64,000 bases of DNA from Octopus bimaculoides (taxonomy: Eukaryota). The stretch lies in assembly GCF_001194135.2 (NCBI RefSeq), contig NC_068989.1, positions 974,266 to 1,038,265 of the forward strand, given 5' to 3'. Both the position numbers and the translations under genes were made by a program. Below, piece by piece: positions 38,696-51,439 of this stretch (position 1 is the first letter of the stretch; each line of letters opens with the position of its first letter). The notes under the pieces were generated by a model that saw nothing but the letters and a program-made list of their open reading frames with translations, had not been told where the DNA came from and ran no database searches.

Positions 38696-38772
38696 CGGTC
38701 ATTTAAGTCTGACGAGTTGCCTATACGGCTAAGCGCTTTATAGGCGCGAAACCAGTGGTCACTCTCTGACCG
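38696..38772 (+). ncRNA. Type I hammerhead ribozyme in MRAS intron 1 (predicted cleavage after GUC at 38760)
   Basis: Core CTGACGA 38709-38715, GAAA 38748-38751, GTC 38758-38760. Stem I: agt/act plus internal loop plus cggtca/tgaccg. Stem II: G38716-C38747 closing pair plus gcctata/tataggc. Stem III: acc/ggt with agt loop. Confidence 0.85.
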
Positions 38773-41700
38773 CCAACAAACAACCTTCTATATATATACT
38801 TCTTTTGCAAATGTGTTGTGTGGTCGTGTGCTCAATATATTCTTCTTGTATTATGATTCGACCTACTACTTGATTGGTACCTTATTTTATTGATCCTTAG
38901 ATGGTTAAAAGGCAAACTTGAGCTCAGCAGTATTTGAACTCTAAAAGTAAAAGGTATTAACTGAGTCTTGCAGGGAATTTTGCCCGACGCTCTACCGATT
39001 TTGCCAATCCACCAGCTCAGATATTGTTCCTCTATTAATTACATGCGTGTATATATGACAATGCGTACAGATACCAATTTCTTTCTCGTATATAACTTGG
39101 ATATCATTACAGAAAAAAACACGCAATTCTGTTTGCCAGAGTTGAAAACATGACAACATTCAAAGACATCTTAAATCAACGAAAGCACTTGAAAGTGAGG
39201 GGTGTATGTCTGAATATGAATTTGGTTTCGGTTGTGAGTGTGTGAATGTACACTTGTCCATGTGTTTGTCCAAACCACATGTCTGGGATATTGAACCAAT
39301 TAGTTGCTAAAATATATTTCACGGCAAGCGTTTCGTTTTTCTTTTGATTGATGCTATTATATACGCTACCATAACCCTCAATTTTATTAGCTGATGGAGA
39401 AGAACAAGTTGTAAAGGCCAAAGTGCTGTGACGACTGGACATTCGTCATTGGTTCACACCACGTCACAGAATCTGGAATCGTTATTACTCTTAGGGATTT
39501 ACTTAATTCAGACGGTGACGAAGATTTGTCAGTCTTCTGTCCATGTTTTCTCCTCATTCGCCAGTCTATTTAAGTTACACGCACACAGACACACATTGAT
39601 TAAAGGCAATAACTTGTTGAAGTCGATGGCTGGTGGTGTTCAAAGCTTGTTTCACTTTTAGCTACAAGGCCAGCAATTTTCAGGAAAGGGGTTAGTCGAT
39701 ACAATTGACCAATACTCGACTGTCCAACATTTTATTGACCCTGAAAGGATAAAAAGCAAAGTTGACTTCGTCAGGATTGGAATTCAGAACGTAAAAAAAA
39801 AAAAAAAAANNNNNNNNNNAAAAACCCCGGAATAAATACAGCAAGACATTTTTTTCCCGATACTTCTATGATTTTACCATCACGTCATTCTTTTATAGTG
39901 TTAGAAGATGAAGGACATGAATTTCTTCATATTTGTCCTTTGTCCTTTAACATCTCTATAAATGTTCCTGTTGTTTAGCTTCAGATCAGCCGTGATTCAA
40001 AGGATTTACGATCAGAAGCAGTCAAGCTGTGACAATCTCGTCTGTGCATCCGGTACTGCATTAACCAATGAGTTTTTCCCTTTTAAGATAACACAGGGAA
40101 ATTGAATGAAGATTTGGCTGCTATTTCTAGTAATTCGATAATGTTATTTCTTTTTGAACACATACACGCACTATTTAAAGGAACGTATGGAGGGGTCATA
40201 TAAAGGTTTTCTCCTGAAGTGATCCAACTAACAGCCGTCTATTTACAATGCTGAATAAGTATCAGAAGGCATGCGAATATTAGTTCGTTGCATGAGCAGC
40301 AGATTTTGTAACGGTCATGCTTGTTTCGAATGGGAATCGAAACCGAACCGTTAAAAAAAAATGAGGGTTAACGAGTGCCATGTCTTGCTTTCCTAAAAGT
40401 ATTTATTATTGATATACGTATCTCATTAATGAAGATATACTAATGGATGTGCACATGACTAGCAAAAATCCACTAAAATATAAGTTATTACATACAGTAA
40501 CATAGGAAGATGTGGTACACGCTCGTGTGTGTGTGTGTGTATAAACGCGCCTTCATATACACCTAAGTACCTCGCATTCAACCACACAGAACTTGCGAAC
40601 ACTAATTCTTTTCTTTCAACCTGTTTAGCAACGAATAGTCTTCAGATTTCTCATCTTATCACGGTTTAATGCTTCTACTCTCAACCATCACCACCACCAC
40701 TACCGTGCGTGAACTCGGCTTTCCTAAGGTGTGACATGTGTCTTTCAAAAAAATTAATGGTGGCAAACTATTTCACCAGCATAGCTCTACACAAAATGTC
40801 ATTACTTCCATTCCCACTTTTTACCCTTCCATCTCCATATCTTCACAACCTGTTACTTTCTTCCTCATCTCCTGCCTCACCACCGTTCATACTATCCTTT
40901 GCTCGCCCATGAGGCTTGTCTTAATCAACTTCATTGTTTGAATTGGAAATCAGAACACAAAAGATTATGTCGGCGTGCCGTGAGACGAAGTGAATAAAGA
41001 TTAATGTCTCCAGTGGATCCCATTGTGGGACAATGTCTACCGATTAACATAGCATATTCTTCTAATGCTAATGGTTATCTTTGTTTACCACGTTATTTGA
41101 ATTCCCTGGTGCCTGAGCTCTTTCCTCACAAAGAACCAAAGCCTTATCTCTAGAATTTGGATAACAAAAATAAGTGTTACATGTTGAACATCAGAAAAGT
41201 ATTGCTTATATTTTTACCATTCTACTTATTGTACCCATATATGACAGAGTTGAGGTGGGCAGGCAAGCACAGGGAACCCCTAATACTGTCGGGAAAGGGT
41301 GTGCACTCTAATATACCCCCCCCCATTCCACGAAAATATTTTAAAATTAGACCAATTTTAGCGGTATTTTGAAGCCATATGAAATGGGTACTTAGACACA
41401 CCCTGAGAAGCAGTATTTAGTAATTAAATAACTGAGGTCATTTACTAATTATTAGCCATTAATTATAATATCTCAGTCAAAAGTTGAAACTTATGGCAGA
41501 CTCTAAACTTCAGTAATTAATACATTCTTTCTATGTGTAGACATTAAGCTTGGGACTGTATGAAATGTTTGGACTGCATCATTATCCTTTTATACAAATA
41601 CGTGTTTGTAAGCACAACCTTAAAACCCGTCGGAAGTTGAGTGTAACAAAACATATTTAGACATTACTCATGCCAGTGATAGATTAATTACTTCATAACA

Positions 41701-42584
41701 ATCAACCCCATTTTTAATTACCATGATATCACGGTAATGATATGGTAATTAAAAGTACATTTAAATAAACTTTATACTTTGTACTTTCCATGATGCGGTA
41801 TTTGTTATAGGATATGGCTTGTAAAAGCTGAGCTTTTCCTTATTATTTTGATCACAATTACAAATTTTTTCCAGTGAAATCATTGTTAGATGTTCATTTT
41901 CTATCCTTGCATATAGACTGGACAATTTGACAAGAGTATGTGAGCCAGGGGACTGTGCCAAGCTTTAATGTCTGAGTTGGCATGGTTTCTTTGGCTGGTG
42001 CTGCAAGGCAAGACCACCCCCCTCCACTGAGTAGGGGAATTAGTATTGAATGAGGTGGCTTTCTAGCAGCTGCTGAGAGGTTAAAGTATGACTAAAGGAA
42101 AGGCACAGATGTCTTACTGTGAGTGGGGTCACACGGCTACCCCAGTTGGAAAAGAAAGAGGATAGTGTCGAAGATGTTTCACGGCATAATCTAAAAGGGG
42201 GGCATGTAGAAGAAAGTAGGGGTATCAATCTGTTGGTTACTTTTTTCAGCAGGTTGTTTGTTCTTACATTGAATTCTTAGAAAGCAGATCAGTGTTTATC
42301 TAGCATTGTTGATTCTAACAAGGTTTTGTTTTTAAAATTTTCTCAGAGTGAAGTCACAGTATCGTGGTAGTAACACCATTATCATTTTAAATCATAGCTT
42401 TGTCAAAATCACTGGATATAATATTACACATGACACTCTATTATCATTTTAATCTAAAACAGAAGCTGGAATTCTTCTTATGTTAGGAGGCCACGTTGAA
42501 GCTAGCTGCCATCTGAGAAAGCCACCTTAATAAATCTTTAACATGTCTCAATCTCACTTATTGTATAAAATATTCATTCTTTTA

Positions 42585-42760
42585 GCTTTTGAGAGAGCAC
42601 ATTCAAAATGAGATAATTCAAAAATGGAGTGGCGTGAATGATGTGATCGCAGAATACTGAAAGTACAAATTCCACTGGGCTGGACATGTTGCAAGGTTCA
42701 CAGACAAGGTTCACATGCAGTTGTCAAGTGGTATCCAAGAGACTGGAAAAGGCCCCTTGC
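42585..42760 (+). mobile_element. Degenerate RTE-1-like LINE C-terminal fragment
   Basis: LREHIQNE..SGVNDVI..KFHWAGHVARFTD..V.KWYPRDWKRPL. Confidence 0.6.
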
Positions 42761-44040
42761 CTCCATGAGGGCCACACATAGCATTCCTGGTGTTTCATCC
42801 TTGAAACCATTTGCAGTAATGATTGCTTCAATTGATAAAGAAAAAATTTCCTATCCTTGTACAAAACCTTTAAAACAAATCGCAACAGCATAAAAATACC
42901 AACTTGATCTAAAATCATGGAATTATGTGACTAATATCAGTGTGCTGGATTGCAATGTTAAACTAATCTAAACTCACAAGCTACCAGTAAAATGCAAATA
43001 GTATTTTAGTATAAAATCACAAGATTGTGAAATAAAATCGTGACATCACATGGTTTTGCATCAATATTAAAAAAAAGATACCTCAATAAGTTTGAAGTGA
43101 TGCTTAGAAATTGTCTTGTAACTAGTCAAATGATTGGATCCAAATGAGAAAAGCCATCTCTCCGCCATAGAGTCTTGTACAGAAATAAAGTAAATTCTTA
43201 GTAAATAGTTGATTGGACCACAGTAAATGAACTTATGTGACCTGAGAGTCAGAGGTCATATCTTGCACTGTGACTCATCCAAAGCTGTTCCTTTTCACAG
43301 TGCCTTCTTGACTTGTGCCTCTTAAGCCAGAGTGAGAGAGAAGCTTATGTCAAGTGATTTACCAAACTACTGAATCAGAGAGAAAGCTGAAATTCCTGAC
43401 ACTATTAAGAGTTTGCCTCTAATTATCTCTTAAAAAGTTTGACCCTGGGTGGAACAACTGACCCATTTTCTACCCTCAGCAGATATCCATGAGTTGTCTG
43501 TAAATGTTCTCTTTCTCACTGATTTTGAAAGAAGTGCTTATGTTTACAAAGTAGTTGACCCTCTGTGACATAGTTTTCATTTTCTGTTGCAAGCAAACTA
43601 CATCAGGTTTGTTATATTTGTACTTGGTGAAAGTTTTAATGGAAATGCTTCACCATTATTCCTTGCAATAATATTTATGTATCTATTCAGAAACAGGAAT
43701 TCACTACATTTATCCTTGCCCATTCTTTCTTATGGACAGCATTGTAGATTGTCCGTTTTGATGGGATTAAAAAGCTTGTAAATAGATGAAAGGAAGTCAT
43801 AGAAAATCAGGGAAAGTACATTGATGATTAAATTTCAATTAAATATAACATTTGATCACTTGTTTTCTTTATTCAAAATTCAGACAGAACTTATGGGATG
43901 ACCTGATAGAAGACACTTGGCCATGGTATCATGCAGTGGGACTGAACCTGAAACCACATGATTGCAAAAGGAATGTTTTAATGACAGCCATGCTTTGACC
44001 ACTGTCAATATAGTCTGTGTGATATGAGAGATGTCTGTGC

Positions 44041-44072
<32 letters not shown>

Positions 44073-46181
44073 NNNNNNNNNNNNNNNNNNNNNNNNNNNN
44101 NNNNNNNNNNNNNNNNNNNNNTATATGAGAGAGAGAGAGAGAGAGGGCACAGCTCACATGTATGATATGTAAAAGATATCTGTGGTATATATGTGTGTGT
44201 GTGTGTTTAATATAAATGCACACACACACACATGTATGTGTATCTGGTGTTTATGACCCCAAGTTAACATCTAGTTGTTTCTACCCCTTTGCTATTAACT
44301 GATTCATGAGTCACAGTACCATTCAGATCCTTTGTTTCCAAACAATGGACACAATGCACCACTGCTTGATCACATGGTCTGCACCATTCTCCTCCATCAA
44401 TGCTTTGTCTGATTCACTCACCATTTCCGATTCTGTTATTGTCTGAAGCTAGAATACCATTAATATTTTTGTTCCTAAAGGGTAATTTCTTAAAAATGTT
44501 GCCCCAATCTTTGTGAATAATTTAATGCTGTATGCTGCCACTGTTGATGAGTGAGTCTTTAGAATAAGGCTTTGGGACTTAATAAATCAGAGCCCTTTTC
44601 TAATTGGTTGTGATCTGTTTAGGTTGCTGGCCCCTTGTAAATATATGATTATTCCAGTGATGAAAGATGAAGTCCATGAAGTGAGTAGTTTTTGCCAGAA
44701 GATTTTTATGTCAGAATCGGTCAAATGACTTGCTAAAAAGAGGGCATCAACACTGTTTTCACGAAATTTCTCATGATTGAAGGCAGCCTGGTGAGTAGGT
44801 CTCCAGTTGACAACAGAAGAATTGTGAAATTGGTAAAACTTGAAGTTTTTGAAGAAGGCAGCATGAAAACTTTTTTTATTTGTGAGTTAATTACAAGAAG
44901 ACAACAGCTCTAAGCTAGAGAAAAAAAAATCTTCTTTGGTGTATTAGACTAAATAAGAATTATAATTACATCTTATTAGTTGATATGATGCCTTACTTCA
45001 GTGAATCTCTCCAACTTTTTTGGACATTCACAAATACTCCAATGTTTCTGAAGGGAAATAGCAGCATTTTGTATGAATTTTGTGTCCAAATTTTGGTTTT
45101 CATGGAATTGGTGCAGTTGCTTGCATTTGTGTTATAGAGGAAAGGCGCTAAAGTATGCCTCCTACAGAGAGAGAGAGAGAGATTTAGTAGTTTATTGTGC
45201 CAAGATCAAATCTTCTCTTTTCCTTGACAGTAGAATAGTAAGTTGTCACAGATTTCGATGTTCCAACCAACAAAGAGAAAATATTCCTTTTATCTGTGTA
45301 TGTGCACACCGCTTATCACACTAGGAGACCCTGGTGTAGTACTTCCTTCCTATTTACGACCATAAATACTGGCATTTGACTCTTTACTCTGTCTGTCTTT
45401 CATCCTCCCTTTCTCCCTCTTTCTCTCCATACTCTTCTGTCATGTTTTCAAGTAGGAAAGTTGACCAACATGCCTCCAGATTAGTTCAGCCAATTAACCT
45501 ACAATTACCACCTTCGTTACCAAAAGCAAACCACTACTGCTGCTGTTGTTGTTGTTGTTGTTGTTCAGGTCATAATAACTATTGTCATGTTTTGTCAAGA
45601 AACAAAACTAAAAGCATTATTTTTTTGGTCTTCCATAGCAGAACCTCCAAGAAAGACTCTTCAATATGTTTCAGGTTGATATCTTAATATTGATCTGTTT
45701 GTCACAATACTACAACGTCCCAGTAAAGTTCTTCCTTTATTAACCTCTGAGGAGTGAAAAGCTCAGTTGATTTCAGTAGAATTTGAACTTCGGACATAGA
45801 GGTATGAAGCTAATTATTGTAAGACTACAGTTTCTACAAGATCACAACCTCCATCATTTTCATGTTAAAAAACATTTAAAACTATGTTAATGTTAAATTT
45901 TGTCAATCAACAAGGCTATCCAACAAGATGTGTGACTCTAGCATTTTGGATGGGCTAAACTTCAGTCACATCTGGGAATCCTTGCATCTCCTGTTATCAA
46001 ATGTTCTTTTGCTCCTGATCAGCCCTGCCTGTCATGGCCATCCTGTCTTTACAGACTTCATAGCCAAAAAATCAAATAATGTCACATGAAGCAGCATTGA
46101 ATGTGATAAGACCTTTTTGCTGTGGAGATTATCCTGGGAGTAAATTCTTCACCTAGACATGTGTAGAAACACATTTTATGA

Positions 46182-46270
46182 GTTGTGAATGATGTCATTG
46201 GGTCATACAATGCATGCATTTCTGTGTTGTTATGCTTCATCAACTACTGTCCAATGACCTCATTCACAGC
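46182..46270. repeat. Imperfect hairpin with 20-nt arms (gttgtgaatgatgtcattgg / ccaatgacctcattcacagc)
   Basis: 18 of 20 positions are Watson-Crick complementary; extra inner pairing catacaa/ttgttatg. Confidence 0.75.
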
Positions 46271-47139
46271 CCCTCAAAATGTCTCCATACATGATCAGGC
46301 AGAGGATTTTCTCTTAGGTCTATCTCTGCAGGTCTATATTGCAGATGTGGTTGTAGAAGACTTGGCTGTGGAACCGAAAGAAGTGATTCACTTTTGCTCA
46401 GCTTGTTTAGAAGAGCAACAGCCATACCTTTCTTAAACATCTTACCATTATAACAGATAGGAAAATGAACTGAGGAAGCCTTTATGCAGTTACTTGCCCT
46501 GCTAATGATAGCAACAAAATCTCTCACAAATCCCACCTAACCCTATACAAAAAGAACACATTGAATGGTGTAGTCCAAGATATACCATGTCATGGTTGGA
46601 ATGTCTTTAACCATTGGTCTCACTTGATCACAGTTGATCTTGGGCTACAAGACTAGATAGAAAATGGTTGATATAGTTAGTGCAAAATAGTTTTGTTTCA
46701 TCAGAATTCATCAGAAGAGGCCAGCGATTTAATACAGGGTTTGGAAGACTAAGGGGAAAATTGTTGATTTGTTTTGACTTGAAATATAAAATGTGAGGTT
46801 CTCCAAAATACAATAACAGCACAAATAATCTACTAACTTAGCCAAAAAAGCAAAGTTTTCCCTGAAACAGGTGGAAGTTCAGCTTACAGTCTTTTAGCTT
46901 TGCAATGCATTGTGGGTTTCTAATATCTGGTCTGATGCAAGAGAATGATACCTTCGCTAGAGTACGTTTTTATTAGAGTTACAGCAGGTTGCTTATTTGC
47001 ATGTAAAACAGCAGATTTATACACATGTTAATCATTATTAACAATATTAACTTATAAAAATGAGACAAAGTCATTAAGCAGATATGGCAGAAAGAATGCC
47101 AGCAGGTTTATGTATACATACATACATGCGAGCGTGCGT

Positions 47140-47460
47140 GTAAAAGTGCATGGCTTAGCGGTTAGAGTATTCAACTCATAATCGTAAAGTCAGGGGTTCA
47201 ATTCCTGGCAGTGTGTTGTGTCTTCAATCAAGACACTTTATTCCACATTACTCCAGTCCACTTAGCTGGAAAAAATGAGTTGTACCTGTAATTCAAAAGG
47301 GGCCAATCCTGTCACATTTTGTGTCATGCTGAATCTCCCTGAGAACTGTGTTAAGGGTATGCGTGTCTGTGGAGTGCTCAGCCACTTGCACATTAATTTC
47401 AGGCTGTTCTATTAGTTGGATCAATTAGAACCCTCGTCATTGTAACCAATGGAGAGCCAG
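47140..47460 (+). mobile_element. tRNA-derived SINE family C copy
   Basis: Head tggcttagcggttagag..ggttcaattcc then caagacactttattccac..ccagtccact; reverse copies at ~48930-49395 and ~59790-59945. Confidence 0.7.
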
Positions 47461-48929
47461 TTATCAAATAGCATCACTTTATTTCTGTATCCCAAATACT
47501 TTTTTGTTATAATGTTGTTGTATATCCTCATGTCATCTCTTATTAAACAGACTTCTGGTCAAAACCATTCCTGTCTCATCTCCATGTTTTCAGACATAGC
47601 ATAGTATGCAATGTGTTCTTTATTTAAAAGACAGTGGAGTGTATTTTGAGGGAAATTTGACTACTATTTCTAGCAAGTCTGATGATCACATAGAAGCTTA
47701 CCCTTCAGTTTGTTGTTTAATGTTGGGGAAAAAAGGGTGTTTCACTAGTTCTAATCTTTCACCGTTTTCTCTGTTAGCCTCAGTTGCCTGCAGAATGTAC
47801 CCGAAAAGAAAAGTTAGATCAGACATGTGTTTGTGTGGTGACAGCCATAATGTCAGTAGCAGTGAGTACTCAGCCACCTAAGTTTCTACAAACACAGACA
47901 GATGACAAAAAAACAAAAAAAAAAACAGGCATAATTACATAATTATATGCACAGTCACAATTTGAAAAACGAAAGAAAATAAGTGGTGGAAATATGTATT
48001 CAAATGATAACAACAACAACAACAACAACAACAGCAATTCACCTTTTATTTGTGTTGCAAACCAAAAGGAAACGATGGACAGGAGTCAGTTGCAGGCAAG
48101 ACGAAAAAAACCTAGAAGGAGAACATTACAAAAGAGAGTACCTCCTTGCTTGAGGATTTTTACCAAAGAAAAGGGCAAAGAGCAAAGTGACATGTTATTA
48201 TAAAAAAAATCAGTGAATTTGGCGAGACCCTGTTAATTGAGGCCAGTTAAAAGTTCCTTGAAAGAGTTAAGGCATATTGAAGAATATACCTCTTAAGGCT
48301 GAAGAGACAAAAAAAGCCAGGTTGTCCACAAGATAGTGATACTGTATATAGGCAGGAGAACATCAATGCTATTGTGAACCCTTGGCCTCTAGGCACAGCT
48401 GCAGCACAGTTTGAGCAAGTTGTGAGCCCTGAGGAGATTGAGGACGGATAATAAGCTTTGTTTCATCAAAACTGGTCTTTCACATAAACAGTGACAATCT
48501 TTTAAAATAGATTTTCTCCATCTGTTATTGTAGTTCCTGTTATTTACTCTCAAAGAATGTTATTGTTTTCCTGTTTTTGTTTTTGTTGTCTTCAATAACT
48601 GACCACCCCTCTGCCTCTCAACAATTCAAAACATGGCTGCTATTTTTTCCTCCTGCTTTTGTAGGATTTCCTGAACTCCTAGATATTCTCAAGAAGCTTT
48701 TGATTCTCATTGCTAACCCAACCCTTCTCTCTCTCACTTGCATAACTCTTTTCTATTTTATGCCTGAAATAAACTATTCTTATATCTTAGTACTGACCCA
48801 CAAGAAACAGTAGTTAAATATCCCTCAGCTTACTATTTTAAAACCAAAGGTCTTATTAAATAATGTGGTCCTGGATCCACTGACCAATGGTAATTAATGG
48901 TTACCATTGGTAGATTTCATAGCCAACCA

Positions 48930-49395
48930 ACGACTCTACTCAGACACTGAGATGTGTCCTGTTTCTTGTATGATTCAGGAGAGCCAGCTGAAACTGTTCG
49001 GCCATGCTGCTTGGTTTTCTGAGTAAGACCCTGCTTATTTTGTCCTCTTCACTGAAGATGGCTTGTGTTGGTTGACCACATGGCCATGGCAGGTGAGGGA
49101 GAGATAGGGACTGACTGGGACTCTGCCTCAACAGATCATCCAAGGGGACCCAGGAATATAACAACAAATGGTGGATGTAAGCAATGCACTGCAGTAGCAC
49201 GTTTCCCCAGAGCTGACCTAATTCCACTGACATTGACTTTGAATTACGGGTACAACTTGATTTCATCGGCTGAGTGGACTGAAGCAACATGAAATAAAGT
49301 GTCTTGCTCAGGGACACAACGCATCTCTGGGAATTGAACTCATGATGTTATGATTATGAACCAAACACCCTAACCACTTAGCTGCGTGCCATCAC
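48930..49395 (-). mobile_element. SINE family C copy
   Basis: gtggactgaagcaacatgaaataaagtgtcttgctcagggacacaac...ccctaaccacttagc, the reverse of the 47140 head. Confidence 0.7.
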
Positions 49396-49587
49396 ATCAT
49401 TTGCTACATGTGGCCTTGTAAGCTATTCTGTGTCAGTGTAAACATGTTGTTTTTCCATGTGTGGGAGGGTGTCTGTTATTTTTCATAATTTTGCTGCCCA
49501 TATTTTAGGCAAATAAATCGTTTTCAGTTGTTTGTATTTAAAAGTGTATTTTCTCAAGTGTGTCATTTTATGTGTGTGTACATATTA

Positions 49588-49637
<50 letters not shown>

Positions 49638-50161
49638 NNNNNNNNNNNNNNNNNNNNNNNNNNNNNNNNNNNNNNNNNNNNNNNNNNNNNNNNNNNNNNN
49701 NNNNNNNNNNNNNNNNNNNNNNNNNNNNNNNNNNNNNNNNNNNNNNNNNNNNNNNNNNNNNNNNNNNNNNNNNNNNNNNNNNNNNNNNNNNNNNNNNNNN
49801 NNNNNNNNNNNNNNNNNNNNNNNNNNNNNNNNNNNNNNNNNNNNNNNNNNNNNNNNNNNNNNNNNNNNNNNNNNNNNNNNNNNNNNNNNNNNNNNNNNNN
49901 NNNNNNNNNNNNNNNNNNNNNNNNNNNNNNNNNNNNNNNNNNNNNNNNNNNNNNNNNNNNNNNNNNNNNNNNNNNNNNNNNNNNNNNNNNNNNNNGGTGG
50001 TGGTGGTGGTGGTGGGCTGCATTTCACAGGTTCTTCTCTGTAAATGCTAATTCTTAATTGTCTTTGTGTGAGTGTGAGTGTCTTTCTGTTTGTTTCTCTG
50101 TATCGGTATATGAGAGAGGGAGAGAGAGAGAGAGTGCATTTGTGTGCGTGTGTGTGTATGG

Positions 50162-50204
<43 letters not shown>

Positions 50205-50959
50205 CTGTTAAGTACCAATGTGTGTATGTAACAGCTGTTGTGTTTCTGTGCTCTTGTCACTTCTCGACATGTGTCTGTGAATCCCAATGAATTTCACCAT
50301 TCTTCATTGTGTCTAATTATATTTATCACATTATATCAATAAATATGTATGGGGGAGGGGGGTTTGTTTTAATTCCTTCTCTTTGTGTCTGTAGGCATGG
50401 ATTTCCTTCTCTATATATATGTGTGTGTGTATGCATTTTATGTATTTTTATTAATATTAATAGATCTATTCTGTATGCATTTGTGTGTAAATGCATATTA
50501 ATCTATGCATGTGTGTGTATGTATGTATGCATGCATGCATATATATATATTTGTCACAAATATCATCATCATCATCATCATCATCAATTTTAATGTCTAT
50601 TTTTTTTTCCATGCCAGCGTGGGTTAGATGGCTTTCGTAATATCTTGTTGCTCACTGGCGTTCATCACCATCTGCCACAACACAATTATAAAACAAACTC
50701 GGCCACTCTGCAGTTGTGTTTGTCTGTGATATTTAGGTTTTGATCTGTGGATATTCCTCTTAACTGCAATTACTACTTTAAAGCATAGACTCACTGTATC
50801 TTATTGTGCCATTAATTCTAAAGAGATTCTTTGTGTTTGCATTAAAGATTCCTCTCTACTTTTGCAACACCTCTTACTTAGTCTTATGGCTTTTCTTTGG
50901 TTGGTTGTCTCTGCTGTGTTTTGCAGAATCTCCTTACTTTTTGTGTGGGAAATGGTTTA

Positions 50960-51300
50960 CCCTTCCTGTGCAGGTACGGCTGTTGTGTGGTAAGAAGTTT
51001 GCTTCTTAACCACATGGTCCTGGGTTCAGTCCCACAGCTTGACACCATGGGCAAGTGTCTTCTACTATAGTCCTGGCTGACCAACACCTTGTGAGTGAGT
51101 GGACTTAGGGGACAGAGATTAAAGAGGCAAGTCACATGTGTGTGTGTGTGTGTTCCTCTTCCTCCCCCCCCACTGCTGCTTGGCTATTGGTGTTGGTGTA
51201 CTCATGTCCTGTAACTTAGCAGTTTGGCAAAAGAGACTGATAGCATAAGTATCAGGCTTAAAAAATATAGACTGGGGTTGCTTCATTTGCTGCCCCAGCA
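50960..51300 (+). mobile_element. SINE family A copy
   Basis: tRNA-like head (gtggtaag..ggttcagtccc) then ttgggcaagtgtcttctactatag; other copies at ~43865, ~54975 and ~56380. Confidence 0.75.
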
Positions 51301-51375
51301 TGGCCACAGTGTAATGACTGAAACAAGGAAAGGATAAAGACTTCTATTCTTCTTTCTACTTTGAATGTGTGTTTA

Positions 51376-51439
51376 TATTGATGTAATTAAATTTATTTGT
51401 GTAATTAAATTTATTGATGTAATTAAATTTATTTGTGTA
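51376..51439. repeat. 18-bp tandem repeat with alternating variants (TGATGTAATTAAATTTAT / TTGTGTAATTAAATTTAT)
   Basis: Read directly; A-B-A-b order. Confidence 0.85.

Larger units (their letters stand above)
34150..41700. promoter_or_regulatory. CpG-retaining domain over the MRAS promoter, 5' UTR, exon 1 and proximal intron 1
   Basis: CG dinucleotides are visibly frequent here and scarce in the IGF2BP gene body and distal MRAS intron (qualitative reading; boundaries approximate). Confidence 0.5.
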
